Of a DNA stretch of 64,000 nt, positions 46,085 through 53,661 are shown piece after piece. Position numbers and translations under genes: made by a program. Where the stretch lies: NCBI RefSeq assembly GCF_043753625.1, contig NZ_JAYUWI010000118.1, positions 4,141-68,140 on the forward strand, read 5' to 3'. Position 1 is the stretch's first letter. Each line of letters starts with the position of its first letter. Below the pieces are notes generated by a model, which was not told the DNA's origin, searched no databases, and saw nothing but the letters and a program-made list of their open reading frames with translations. This DNA is from Nitrosomonas sp. Its GTDB lineage: Bacteria > Pseudomonadota > Gammaproteobacteria > Burkholderiales > Nitrosomonadaceae.

Positions 46085-46119
46085 AAAAAGCTTGCTGCAT
46101 TACTCCAGCAAGCTTTTTT
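46083..46119. terminator. Bidirectional terminator between mltA and dsbC
   Basis: AAAAAAAGCTTGCTG-CATTACTC-CAGCAAGCTTTTTT. Confidence 0.85.
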
Positions 46120-46140
46120 AAGCATGTTCAACTTGAAACT

Positions 46141-46863
46141 TTATTTGCTCTTACTTGCACTTTCCAGTTTTTCTTCAATCGCTGTCGCCGGAATCATGCC
46201 GCCCACAACCGAGCCATCTGCAAAAATCAAAGTTGGCGTGCCGCTTACTTTATTCTCTTGACCAGACTTCACCAGTACGTCCAAAGGTGTTTCGCAATCT
46301 TTACTCGTTGGCGCAACACCTTTCAGCATAAAATCATCCCAAGCTTTAATTTTGTTATCTGAGCACCAGATCTTTTTGGATAACTCCATAGATCCTTTGA
46401 GCACCGGATACAACAAGGTATAGATCGTAACATTCGTTACATTGAGCAATTCTTTTTCCAATTGCTTGCAGTATGGGCAATTAGGATCAGTAAAAATCGC
46501 CACTCGGCGCTTGCCATCGCCTTTCACGACCTTGATCGCCGATTGCAACGGCAAAGAATCTAGCGGAACACGGCGAGCAGCCTTAATCTCCTGTATCCGT
46601 TCACTGGTCATACTCGTCCGGGTCTTGGTGTCGATCACATGACCAAAGAAGAAATAACTGGCTTTATCATCGGTATAAAACACCTCATCACCAACAACCA
46701 CCTCATACAACCCCAAATAAGGCGTTTTCTTCAAGCTTTCAATTTTACTATCCGCGAAATGGGGTTGAATAGCCTTTCTTAAAGCTTCTTCATCAGCCCA
46801 GACTGCTTCAGAAAAAAAACCAAATACCAAGATTGAAATGAAAAGCTTCCAGCGTATAGTCAT
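46141..46863 (-). CDS. dsbC: Thiol:disulfide isomerase DsbC
   Basis: Dimerisation domain, FTDPNCPYC and SGTPT. Confidence 0.93.
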   Translation of the reverse strand: MTIRWKLFISILVFGFFSEAVWADEEALRKAIQPHFADSKIESLKKTPYLGLYEVVVGDEVFYTDDKASYFFFGHVIDTKTRTSMTSERIQEIKAARRVPLDSLPLQSAIKVVKGDGKRRVAIFTDPNCPYCKQLEKELLNVTNVTIYTLLYPVLKGSMELSKKIWCSDNKIKAWDDFMLKGVAPTSKDCETPLDVLVKSGQENKVSGTPTLIFADGSVVGGMIPATAIEEKLESASKSK

Positions 46864-46894
46864 AATGACTCCAGTTTTAAAAATGTAATGTAAT

Positions 46895-48064
46895 TTAATT
46901 TAATGCGTGCTGCATCAGTTGATTCTTAATCAGCGGCAAGCGATTGGTTATTTCAAGCCCTAGATTCCGTAATCGGGCCAGCGTCGGATTGGAATTGTTG
47001 AATAGTTTCTGTAAGCTATCGGTCACTAATTCTAAAGCCAATATATCTTCCTTGCGCGCCAGCTCGTAACGCCGCAACAACATAAAATCACCACAATCTG
47101 TTTGCAATCCCCGCGCACTGAGTATCGCTGCAAGTTCCCGTGTTTCCCGCAAACCCAGGTTAACACCCTGTCCAGCCAGCGGATGAATGCCATGCGCTGC
47201 ATCACCGATCAGTACCAGTCGTGGCTTAACTAATTTTTCCACATGCACAAAATTTAACGGGAAACCCACCGGCGGTGTAATTAGTTGCAATGCACCCAGC
47301 GTATGCGAAGCGGCGGCTTCCACCTGTCGACAGAGATCTTCCGCCGGTAAATTGCGCAGTATCTCCGCCTGTTCTTCACTGGTAGACCAAACCATGGAAA
47401 CTCGCTTATCCGGTAACGGCAGCAACGCCAGCACACCATCCCGCCTGAACCACTGATGCGCAATATGACGGTGCGACAATTCCGCGCTAAAATTTGCCAC
47501 CACACCAATCTGGTTGTAGGCATGTTGTTTCACATCGATTTCAGCTTGCCTGCGCACCCAGGAATTTACGCCATCCGCACCTACCACCAATGCAGCCTGA
47601 AGCTGACTGCCGTCCGCCAATTGCACATCGACATGCGACTCCTGCCAGACAATTGCAGTACATTTTGCTGGACACAGTATTTGTATATTCTCGTTCGGGG
47701 ATTTGAGCACTTCCCAGACGGCTGTTTGTAGCTGGCGATTCTCCGCGATAAATGCCAGCTCCGATATGCCAATCTCATACGCGCTAAAATTAAGGTGCGA
47801 GCTATTGTCATCACCAAATACCGCCATCTCATAAACCGGTGCCACACGTTCAGCTTCCAAGCGCTGCCACACCCCCAATTCTTCCAGAAAAGCCGCGCTC
47901 CCCGGGCTAATCGCATAGACCCGGCTGTCCCAACTCTCATCTCGCGGCAATGGCATGGACTCATGCGGCTCTATCAACGCTATTTTCAAGCCACTATCCT
48001 TCAGCGCAGCCACCAGGCTTGCCCCAACGAGTCCGCCACCAATCACTATCATATCGAATTTCAT
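46895..48064 (-). CDS. UbiH/UbiF/VisC family FAD-dependent hydroxylase (start reassigned to ATG 48064)
   Basis: IGGGLVG, DSRVYAI, GADG and GDAAHGIHPLAGQGVNLG. Confidence 0.92.
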   Translation of the reverse strand: MKFDMIVIGGGLVGASLVAALKDSGLKIALIEPHESMPLPRDESWDSRVYAISPGSAAFLEELGVWQRLEAERVAPVYEMAVFGDDNSSHLNFSAYEIGISELAFIAENRQLQTAVWEVLKSPNENIQILCPAKCTAIVWQESHVDVQLADGSQLQAALVVGADGVNSWVRRQAEIDVKQHAYNQIGVVANFSAELSHRHIAHQWFRRDGVLALLPLPDKRVSMVWSTSEEQAEILRNLPAEDLCRQVEAAASHTLGALQLITPPVGFPLNFVHVEKLVKPRLVLIGDAAHGIHPLAGQGVNLGLRETRELAAILSARGLQTDCGDFMLLRRYELARKEDILALELVTDSLQKLFNNSNPTLARLRNLGLEITNRLPLIKNQLMQHALN

Positions 48065-48275
48065 AAAACTGATTATACAGCCGCTTTGTAACGGACGGGT
48101 AACACAAACTGCATACCCGCTGAACACGGGACTCTATTCATAACAGCCGACGAATCCGATGTCCGCGCATCTTCGTCAATAAACTTTAATCACCCACATT
48201 GATTTAAAGCGCAAATGAACTGGCTTCAATCCCATGAAAACACGCATAAACCCTTGTCAAGTCACATTTTTGAGC

Positions 48276-48312
48276 TTGACAAACCATCCCCTCAAAGGCA
48301 GAATGCCGCCTC
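48276..48312 (+). promoter_or_regulatory. Sigma70 stable-RNA promoter of tRNA-Met
   Basis: TTGACA (48276-48281), 17-nt spacer, CAGAAT (48299-48304) and GC-rich discriminator GCCGCCTC. Confidence 0.8.
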
Positions 48313-48328
48313 TTGCGTCTATGCATAT

Positions 48329-48404
48329 GGCGAATTAGCTCAGTGGTTAGAGCAGCGGAATCATAATCCGTTGGTCCCCAGTTCGAATCTGGGATTCGCT
48401 ACCA
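48329..48404 (+). tRNA. tRNA-Met(CAT), most likely elongator
   Basis: 76-nt cloverleaf: GGCGAAT/ATTCGCT acceptor, AGCTCAGTGGTTAGAGC D-arm, GCGGA-ATCATAA-TCCGT anticodon arm, GTTCGAATC T-loop and encoded CCA. Confidence 0.92.
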
Positions 48405-48412
48405 ATACAAAC

Positions 48413-48447
48413 AAGGGATTGGCCTAAATAGCCAATCCCTTTTCTTT
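48413..48447 (+). terminator. Intrinsic terminator of tRNA-Met
   Basis: AAGGGATTGGC-CTAAATA-GCCAATCCCTT followed by TTCTTT. Confidence 0.85.
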
Positions 48448-48606
48448 GCCGGGGTTATATGGATCCTTGCCACCATCCACCGGATTGCAAGCTCTGGTAT
48501 GACGTTTTCTCAATTACTTTCAATAATAAACTGCCATATCTATCAATATAAAGACTAAAATGAACAAAGTAGCAGAAAATTTAATTATCTATGGATTATT
48601 TTCTCG

Positions 48607-48972
48607 ATGAATAAGAAATTCTCTATTACATTAATAGCAGCAATCCTATTGCTTAATGGATGCGGCGCAGTAAGAGAAAACAGAATCAGACAAGATGTAT
48701 TATCTGACGCCAGCATGCCGGAAGAAATACGTAGGGCGATCGATCTAAAGCAATTAGTCGCTGGTATGACACAAGAACAAGTGATAGCTTCCTGGGGACT
48801 TCCTTGTAAATGGTGTTTTGGAACGCGCAAAAGTGCCAGTGGAGACACATGGGAATACCATCTTCCTGGATCGGATTCTGTAATTGTTGGCGCTGATTTT
48901 TTGGGTGTTGGAACCGGAACTTATTTGTACTTTGATAGCAGCCAGAAACTTAAGCATTGGTCCCAAAAATAG
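48607..48972 (+). CDS. Hypothetical lipoprotein (BamE/SmpA-like fold possible)
   Basis: Lipobox LNGC, GMTQEQVIASWGLP and a TWEY motif. Confidence 0.65.
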   Translation: MNKKFSITLIAAILLLNGCGAVRENRIRQDVLSDASMPEEIRRAIDLKQLVAGMTQEQVIASWGLPCKWCFGTRKSASGDTWEYHLPGSDSVIVGADFLGVGTGTYLYFDSSQKLKHWSQK

Positions 48973-49036
48973 AACTGATATTCCGTTCCAGAAGGCAGTC
49001 CGAAAATCTTTGCCTCCTTCACCCCTTAAATTGACT

Positions 49037-50518
49037 TTAATCTGACAGCGCCGCTGCAATTTCTCTGAAACTGTTCAGCCCGGCTTCCAAGTTCTCGATA
49101 ATTTCACCCGCCAGCACATCCGGCTCGGGCAGATTGTCTAAATCGGCCAAACTCTTATCCTTTAGCCAAAAAATATCCAGACTGGTTTTGTCGCGCGCAA
49201 CAATTTGATCAAAGCTGAATTTGCGCCAACGGCCTTCCGGGTTGCCTTGCTCGCTCCATGTTTCCTTGCGCTCGTGGCGGTTGAGCGGGTTATAGCAAGT
49301 AATGAATTCCTGCAAATCCTCAAAACGCAGTGGTTTCTTTTTTAACGTGTGATGAATATTGGTGCGGCAATCGTAATACCAGACTTCTTTCGTCCACGGT
49401 TCTTTGCTGGCTTCTCGGTTATCGAAGAACAACACATTTGCTTTCACGCCATTAGCGTAGAAAATACCGGTAGGCAATCGCAAGATCGTGTGCAATTCTG
49501 TGGTTTCCAGCAGTTTCTTGCGTACTGTTTCCCCCGCCCCGCCTTCAAACAGCACATTATCCGGCACCACCACTGCCGCCCGCCCGGTGGTTTTCAACAT
49601 GGTGCGGATATGTTGCACGAAGTTGAGTTGTTTGTTGGAAGTTGTTGCCCAGAAATCCTGCCGGTTATAGGTCAGATCGTCTTTTTCCTGTTCTCCTTCA
49701 TCATTGGTGAAACTCATCGCGCTCTTCTTGCCGAACGGCGGATTCGCCAGCACGTAATCGAAGCGGCGGCCGGAATCCGCGACCAGCGCATCATTCGGGG
49801 AAATCATGCTGTCACCGTCGATCTCGCCAATGTTATGCAAAAACATGTTCATCAAAGCGAGGCGCCTCGTGCTCGCGACAATTTCATTGCCAAAAAACGT
49901 TTCGTGTTTGAGAAATGCTTTTTGTGTTTTATCCATCGCATGCTCGGCGACCAGAAAATCATACGCCGCCAGAAAGAATCCGCTCGTGCCGCACGCCGGA
50001 TCGGCAATGGTCTTGCCGGGTTCCGGGCGCACGCATTGCACCATTGCCCGGATCAATGCGCGCGGCGTGAAGTATTGCCCTGCACCGGACTTGGTATCTT
50101 CCGCGTTGCGTTCCAACAGTCCCTCGTAGATGTCGCCCTTCACATCAGCGCCCATCGTCACCCACTGGGTTTCGTTCACCATATCGATCAGGCGGTACAG
50201 TTTGGCCGGGTCCTGGATTTTGTTTTGCGCCTTGGTAAAAATCGTCCCCAGCATTCCCGGCTTTTTGCCCAGCTCCATCAGCAGCGTCACATAATGCACC
50301 TCCAGTTCCGCGCCACGCTTGAGCTTAAGGCTTTGCCAGTTGTACTCGGCAGGAATATCCACGGTGCGGTTATACGGCGGCTGGCTGTATTCATCCGCCA
50401 TCTTCAGGAAAATCAAATACGTGAGTTGCTCCAGATAATCGCCATAACCCACCCCGTCATCGCGCAACGTGGTGCAGAAACTCCAGACTTTGGAAACGAT
50501 GGATGCAGTTGCGTTCAT
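49037..50518 (-). CDS. hsdM: Type I R-M methyltransferase subunit
   Basis: YLEQLTYLIFLKM, GQYFTPR, DPACGT and the N6-adenine motif NPPF. Confidence 0.95.
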   Translation of the reverse strand: MNATASIVSKVWSFCTTLRDDGVGYGDYLEQLTYLIFLKMADEYSQPPYNRTVDIPAEYNWQSLKLKRGAELEVHYVTLLMELGKKPGMLGTIFTKAQNKIQDPAKLYRLIDMVNETQWVTMGADVKGDIYEGLLERNAEDTKSGAGQYFTPRALIRAMVQCVRPEPGKTIADPACGTSGFFLAAYDFLVAEHAMDKTQKAFLKHETFFGNEIVASTRRLALMNMFLHNIGEIDGDSMISPNDALVADSGRRFDYVLANPPFGKKSAMSFTNDEGEQEKDDLTYNRQDFWATTSNKQLNFVQHIRTMLKTTGRAAVVVPDNVLFEGGAGETVRKKLLETTELHTILRLPTGIFYANGVKANVLFFDNREASKEPWTKEVWYYDCRTNIHHTLKKKPLRFEDLQEFITCYNPLNRHERKETWSEQGNPEGRWRKFSFDQIVARDKTSLDIFWLKDKSLADLDNLPEPDVLAGEIIENLEAGLNSFREIAAALSD

Positions 50519-50537
50519 GTCTTTGCCCCGAATACTT

Positions 50538-50849
50538 CGTCATTCCCGCGTAGGCGGGAATCCAGCCTTACACCAAGTCCGACCATAAATCTTTCCATGT
50601 CGGATTCATCTTTTCGATCAAATTTATTTTCCATTGTCTATTCCACTTTTTAAGTTGCTCCTCGCGTTGAATCGCTGCCAGACTCGTTGAATCAGATTAC
50701 TGGTTACACCGATATACAAAGTGCCGTTATATTGGCTCGCCAGAATATAAACCGCAGCTTGTTTTCCCATTACGCAACCGTCCTCGTTTTTTTCACAGGC
50801 AAGGAATCAGCCCTTAATCACATGGATTCCCGCCTGCGCGGGAATGACG
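50538..50849. mobile_element. 312-bp cassette bounded by 27-bp inverted dRS3/REP-like palindromes and carrying a GIY-YIG relic
   Basis: CGTCATTCCCGCGTAGGCGGGAATCCA (50538-50564) and TGGATTCCCGCCTGCGCGGGAATGACG (50823-50849) are reverse complements with 1 mismatch. Confidence 0.7.
50568..50770 (-). pseudogene. GIY-YIG (UPF0213/YhbQ-like) nuclease, internally deleted and frameshifted
   Basis: ATG 50770 gives MGKQAAVYILASQYNGTLYIGVTSNLIQRVWQ. A different frame then gives IQREEQLKKWNRQWKINLIEKMNPTWKDLWSDLV*; the middle segment is missing at about 50674. Confidence 0.85.
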
Positions 50850-50912
50850 GCAAGGGCGCCCTTGCTACTTTCGACAGTTATTACCCTCTCTATTACCCTT
50901 ACTAAAGGGTAA

Positions 50913-51959
50913 TTACCCTTTCTTTTTCCATCGAGCCGCTGGACCTCTGCCCTGGCATTCGACTGCGTTTGCATTTTTCTGCTCTCGCAAAACACGACGC
51001 ACCATGTCTTTGCTCACACCGGGACAAGACTGCTCCACCTGAGCCACAGTAAATTCGCCCACAAAGCGATCGATAGCTACCAACACCAGATTGGTCTTCG
51101 AGCCGCGTGGCGCTTTCACTTCACCCACACGCTCGGCAAATTCGCGGCAAGCCATCTTGAGAATGGACAACACGTAGTTGATGTAAGGCCACGGGTCATG
51201 CTTGCCATCATGCCAACCCTGCGAGCTTTGCTCCAGCGTCTCGTAATAGCGATCCTTGTTTTCTTCGATCAAACGCTCAAGGCTGATATAGCGCCCCACC
51301 TCATAGCCCGATTGATAACACTGAAGCAAAAGCGCCAACCGCGACACGCGCCCGTTGCCGTCGCGGAAAGGATGGATGCACAGAAAATCCAGATTGAATG
51401 CCGCCATCGCAATCAGTGGATGCGCCCAACGATCATCCAGGCAATACTGCCAATCAGTAACCAGCTCCATCATTGCGGCAGGGGTGCCCGCCGCAGACAC
51501 CGGGCGGAAACGAACCCGTTCACGACCATTCGCATAACGCTCGATGATGTCGCCGTCTTTTTCCTTGTATTGGCCCGCATCCCAGATTTGCCCGCGCGCC
51601 AGCCGGTGCAGCTCGCATATCGCCGTCTCGCTCACCGGCATGCGCGCAGCCCCTTCATGAATGAGCTTCAACGCATCGCGATAGCCGCGCACCTCTTCCT
51701 CGTCGCGATCCCGGAACAAAGGCCTAGCCGCAACCAGCAACTCGCGCACCCGCGACGGATCAACCGACACGCCTTCGATACGATTGGAAGAAACCGCGCT
51801 CTCGATCAGCGCATGCTCGCGCAAGGTCTTCAGCCGCTGCGGCGACTGCTGCGTATAAAGCGTCTGCTTGCCGCGGAATTCGCCGAGATCGGCGAGATAC
51901 CAGGACGTGCTGGCGGGAATGGAAAAATCTTTTAAAGCAAAAAGGCGCAGCGTGTTCAT
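50913..51959 (-). CDS. Fic-domain protein with N-terminal inhibitory helix and C-terminal HTH-like tail
   Basis: HPFRDGNGRVSR catalytic motif and SSNRIEG inhibitory motif. Confidence 0.92.
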   Translation of the reverse strand: MNTLRLFALKDFSIPASTSWYLADLGEFRGKQTLYTQQSPQRLKTLREHALIESAVSSNRIEGVSVDPSRVRELLVAARPLFRDRDEEEVRGYRDALKLIHEGAARMPVSETAICELHRLARGQIWDAGQYKEKDGDIIERYANGRERVRFRPVSAAGTPAAMMELVTDWQYCLDDRWAHPLIAMAAFNLDFLCIHPFRDGNGRVSRLALLLQCYQSGYEVGRYISLERLIEENKDRYYETLEQSSQGWHDGKHDPWPYINYVLSILKMACREFAERVGEVKAPRGSKTNLVLVAIDRFVGEFTVAQVEQSCPGVSKDMVRRVLREQKNANAVECQGRGPAARWKKKG

Positions 51960-52963
51960 GTCGTTTTCCTTTTTGTCTTGAGCGCAGTATCAGCCCGCTC
52001 CGCCTTGATGCGCGTCAGGAGCACCGAAGCGGGTTCGTCGTTTGGATCTTGCGGCACCAGTTGGCCGGAGAAGGCTTTTTTCAGGATGGATTGGCGCAGG
52101 GCTTCGGCTTGCTGTAAGGCGGTGGTGATGGTTTGGTCGAGTTGGTCGGCTTCGGAAAGGCGTGATGCCAAAGCTTCATTGACTGCTTCAGCTTCTATTT
52201 CAGAACAAATAGGCACAACGATTGACCGGATTCTGTCCTGTCCAATATTGCGCATGGATTCTTGATTACCAGTCGATAGCCGCATGATTTGGTTGCGCCC
52301 AATTCGGCTGCCTAGATACTGAAGAAAGTATTCCTGAGAAAACCCATCGAATCTAATGCGAAGCGTTTTATCACTCAGCATAATTTTCTTGGTTACCTTC
52401 CTTGCAATGACGCAGGCACCTACGAGATCAATAGTATTAGCTCTGCTTAAAATGAAATCGCCGCTCCGAATTAAATAGGCTTCATTTTCTTTCGAGGTGT
52501 CAGTGCAGGTCTTGCTTTCCGATTCATCATATTCACCCCACGTCACTGCACTTACTTTTGCCACACCTATTTCATTAGCACGCGGCTCACGTTCGTCACA
52601 CTTAAAACTTTTTCCTGCATCAATCGAATCAATGAAGTCGCCCAATTTGCACCACCTCCACCCCGCCGGCAGTTCGGGCAATTCGGCCAGTTCTTCGACG
52701 GTGAGTGGCGGCAGGAATTTCGGGGGCTTGGGTTTTGAAATCCCTCCTCGCTCCCCTTTTTCTAAGGGGGGGATGGGCGCGGTGCTGGCTGGCTTCCCTC
52801 TTTGTAAAAGGGGGATAGAGGGGGATTTTTCCCAGTCGGCGAGTTGTTGCTGGTAGCGTTGTGCGCGCTCTTGCTGGATGCGTTTCAGCAAAGTGTCGGC
52901 GGTTTCGAGGGGTTTGTCATTCCCTGTCACCCTCGCGAAGGCGGGGGGCAGGCGGGAATCCAT
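51956..52963 (-). CDS. hsdS: HsdS C-terminal half (linker, TRD2 and conserved helix); part of frameshift-split hsdS
   Basis: LPELPAGWRW, TRD and QALRQSILKKAFSGQLVPQDPNDEPAS; a possible ATG at 52963 lies inside the repeat. Confidence 0.8.
   Translation of the reverse strand: MDSRLPPAFARVTGNDKPLETADTLLKRIQQERAQRYQQQLADWEKSPSIPLLQRGKPASTAPIPPLEKGERGGISKPKPPKFLPPLTVEELAELPELPAGWRWCKLGDFIDSIDAGKSFKCDEREPRANEIGVAKVSAVTWGEYDESESKTCTDTSKENEAYLIRSGDFILSRANTIDLVGACVIARKVTKKIMLSDKTLRIRFDGFSQEYFLQYLGSRIGRNQIMRLSTGNQESMRNIGQDRIRSIVVPICSEIEAEAVNEALASRLSEADQLDQTITTALQQAEALRQSILKKAFSGQLVPQDPNDEPASVLLTRIKAERADTALKTKRKTT
52738..52828. repeat. In-frame palindromic insertion in hsdS (PPLEKGG-type family)
   Basis: AAATCCCTCCTCGCTCCCCTTTT ... 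AAAAGGGGGATAGAGGGGGATTT inverted arms, each with an internal CCCTTT/AAGGG hairpin; encodes KSPSIPLLQRGKPASTAPIPPLEKGERGGI. Confidence 0.75.
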
Positions 52964-53005
52964 GTCGTTCAAAGGCTGGCCCCCCCCCCCTTCGCGGGGG
53001 TGACG
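52916..53005. repeat. Composite dRS3/REP-like palindromes inside hsdS with a C11/G11 homopolymer at 52980-52990
   Basis: GTCATTCCC-TGTCACCCTCGCGAAGGCGGGGGG-CAGGCGGGAATCCAT ... GG-C11-TTCGCGGGGGTGACG. Confidence 0.85.
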
Positions 53006-53661
53006 TTCCGCTCCGCGCGCCACTGCGCGGTGAGTTTGCCCTCGAACGCATGTTTCAGCAGCGCTTGGCGATACACCTTGAGCTGTAATTGGGCGGTTTT
53101 CAGGTTTTCGATGCCCTTATCCAGCTCGGAAAACAGTTCTTCAATTTTGGCGACGATGCGGTGTTGTTCGTTTGTGGGTGGTAGCGGAACATCACAGGCA
53201 CTCAGGTAAGGAGTTGTCACGCGCCGCTGACCAACCGCACCAGACATATTGTGTTCTGCCTGGCGACGAAAGGCTTGAGATGATACGAAGTAGTAAATGT
53301 ACTTTGCGTTCACTCCAGATAGTGCACGAAGAACATGAAATTCGGTTGAACCAAAGCCAATACCATTTATGATTTCTGGCACTACAGCCATTTTCCCATT
53401 TTCCATACAGGGAGTTATCTTGGCAAATAGAACATCCCCTTCACAAAAAGGCGTGTAACCTTTTTTTACTTCCGAAAATTTGCGCTTACCGCCAACATCA
53501 ATTATTCCGCTTTCAGCTTGCACGGCTGGCATCGGTACAAATGAAACCTCTAAATCATCAGGAATACCAGCTTTATCAAGTGTCGGGTTTACAGAGACTA
53601 CTTCAGAAATCTTAGCATCACACCAAGCATGGGGTCGCCCGTTAACATTTACTTTCATCAC
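52969..53661 (-). CDS. hsdS: HsdS N-terminal half (TRD1 and conserved helix), ending just after the G11 tract
   Basis: LFAKITPCMENGK, PLPPTNEQHRIVAKIEELFSELD and YRQALLKHAFEGKL; start overlaps the hsdR stop. Confidence 0.88.
   Translation of the reverse strand: MMKVNVNGRPHAWCDAKISEVVSVNPTLDKAGIPDDLEVSFVPMPAVQAESGIIDVGGKRKFSEVKKGYTPFCEGDVLFAKITPCMENGKMAVVPEIINGIGFGSTEFHVLRALSGVNAKYIYYFVSSQAFRRQAEHNMSGAVGQRRVTTPYLSACDVPLPPTNEQHRIVAKIEELFSELDKGIENLKTAQLQLKVYRQALLKHAFEGKLTAQWRAERNVTPAKGGGASL

Noticed and set aside
48329-48404. Alternative call as tRNA-Ile2(CAU) or initiator tRNA-fMet
   Set aside because: It lacks the C1:A72 mismatch and GGG/CCC anticodon stem of the initiator. The GGCG../..CGCT acceptor and GGAATCATAATCC arm fit elongator Met better. 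Ile2 is not fully excluded without a covariance-model search.
49965-50005. HsdM SAM-binding motif reads DPACGTSG instead of GTGG (possible inactivation)
   Set aside because: Small residues are tolerated at this position (EcoKI M has GTAG); NPPF and the rest of the ORF are intact.
49349-50653. 434-aa + strand ORF, and similar long antisense ORFs such as 51198-51935, 54504-55430, 13515-13949 and 22974-23438
   Set aside because: They lie entirely antisense to well-supported genes and have no motifs; they are shadow ORFs of codon bias.
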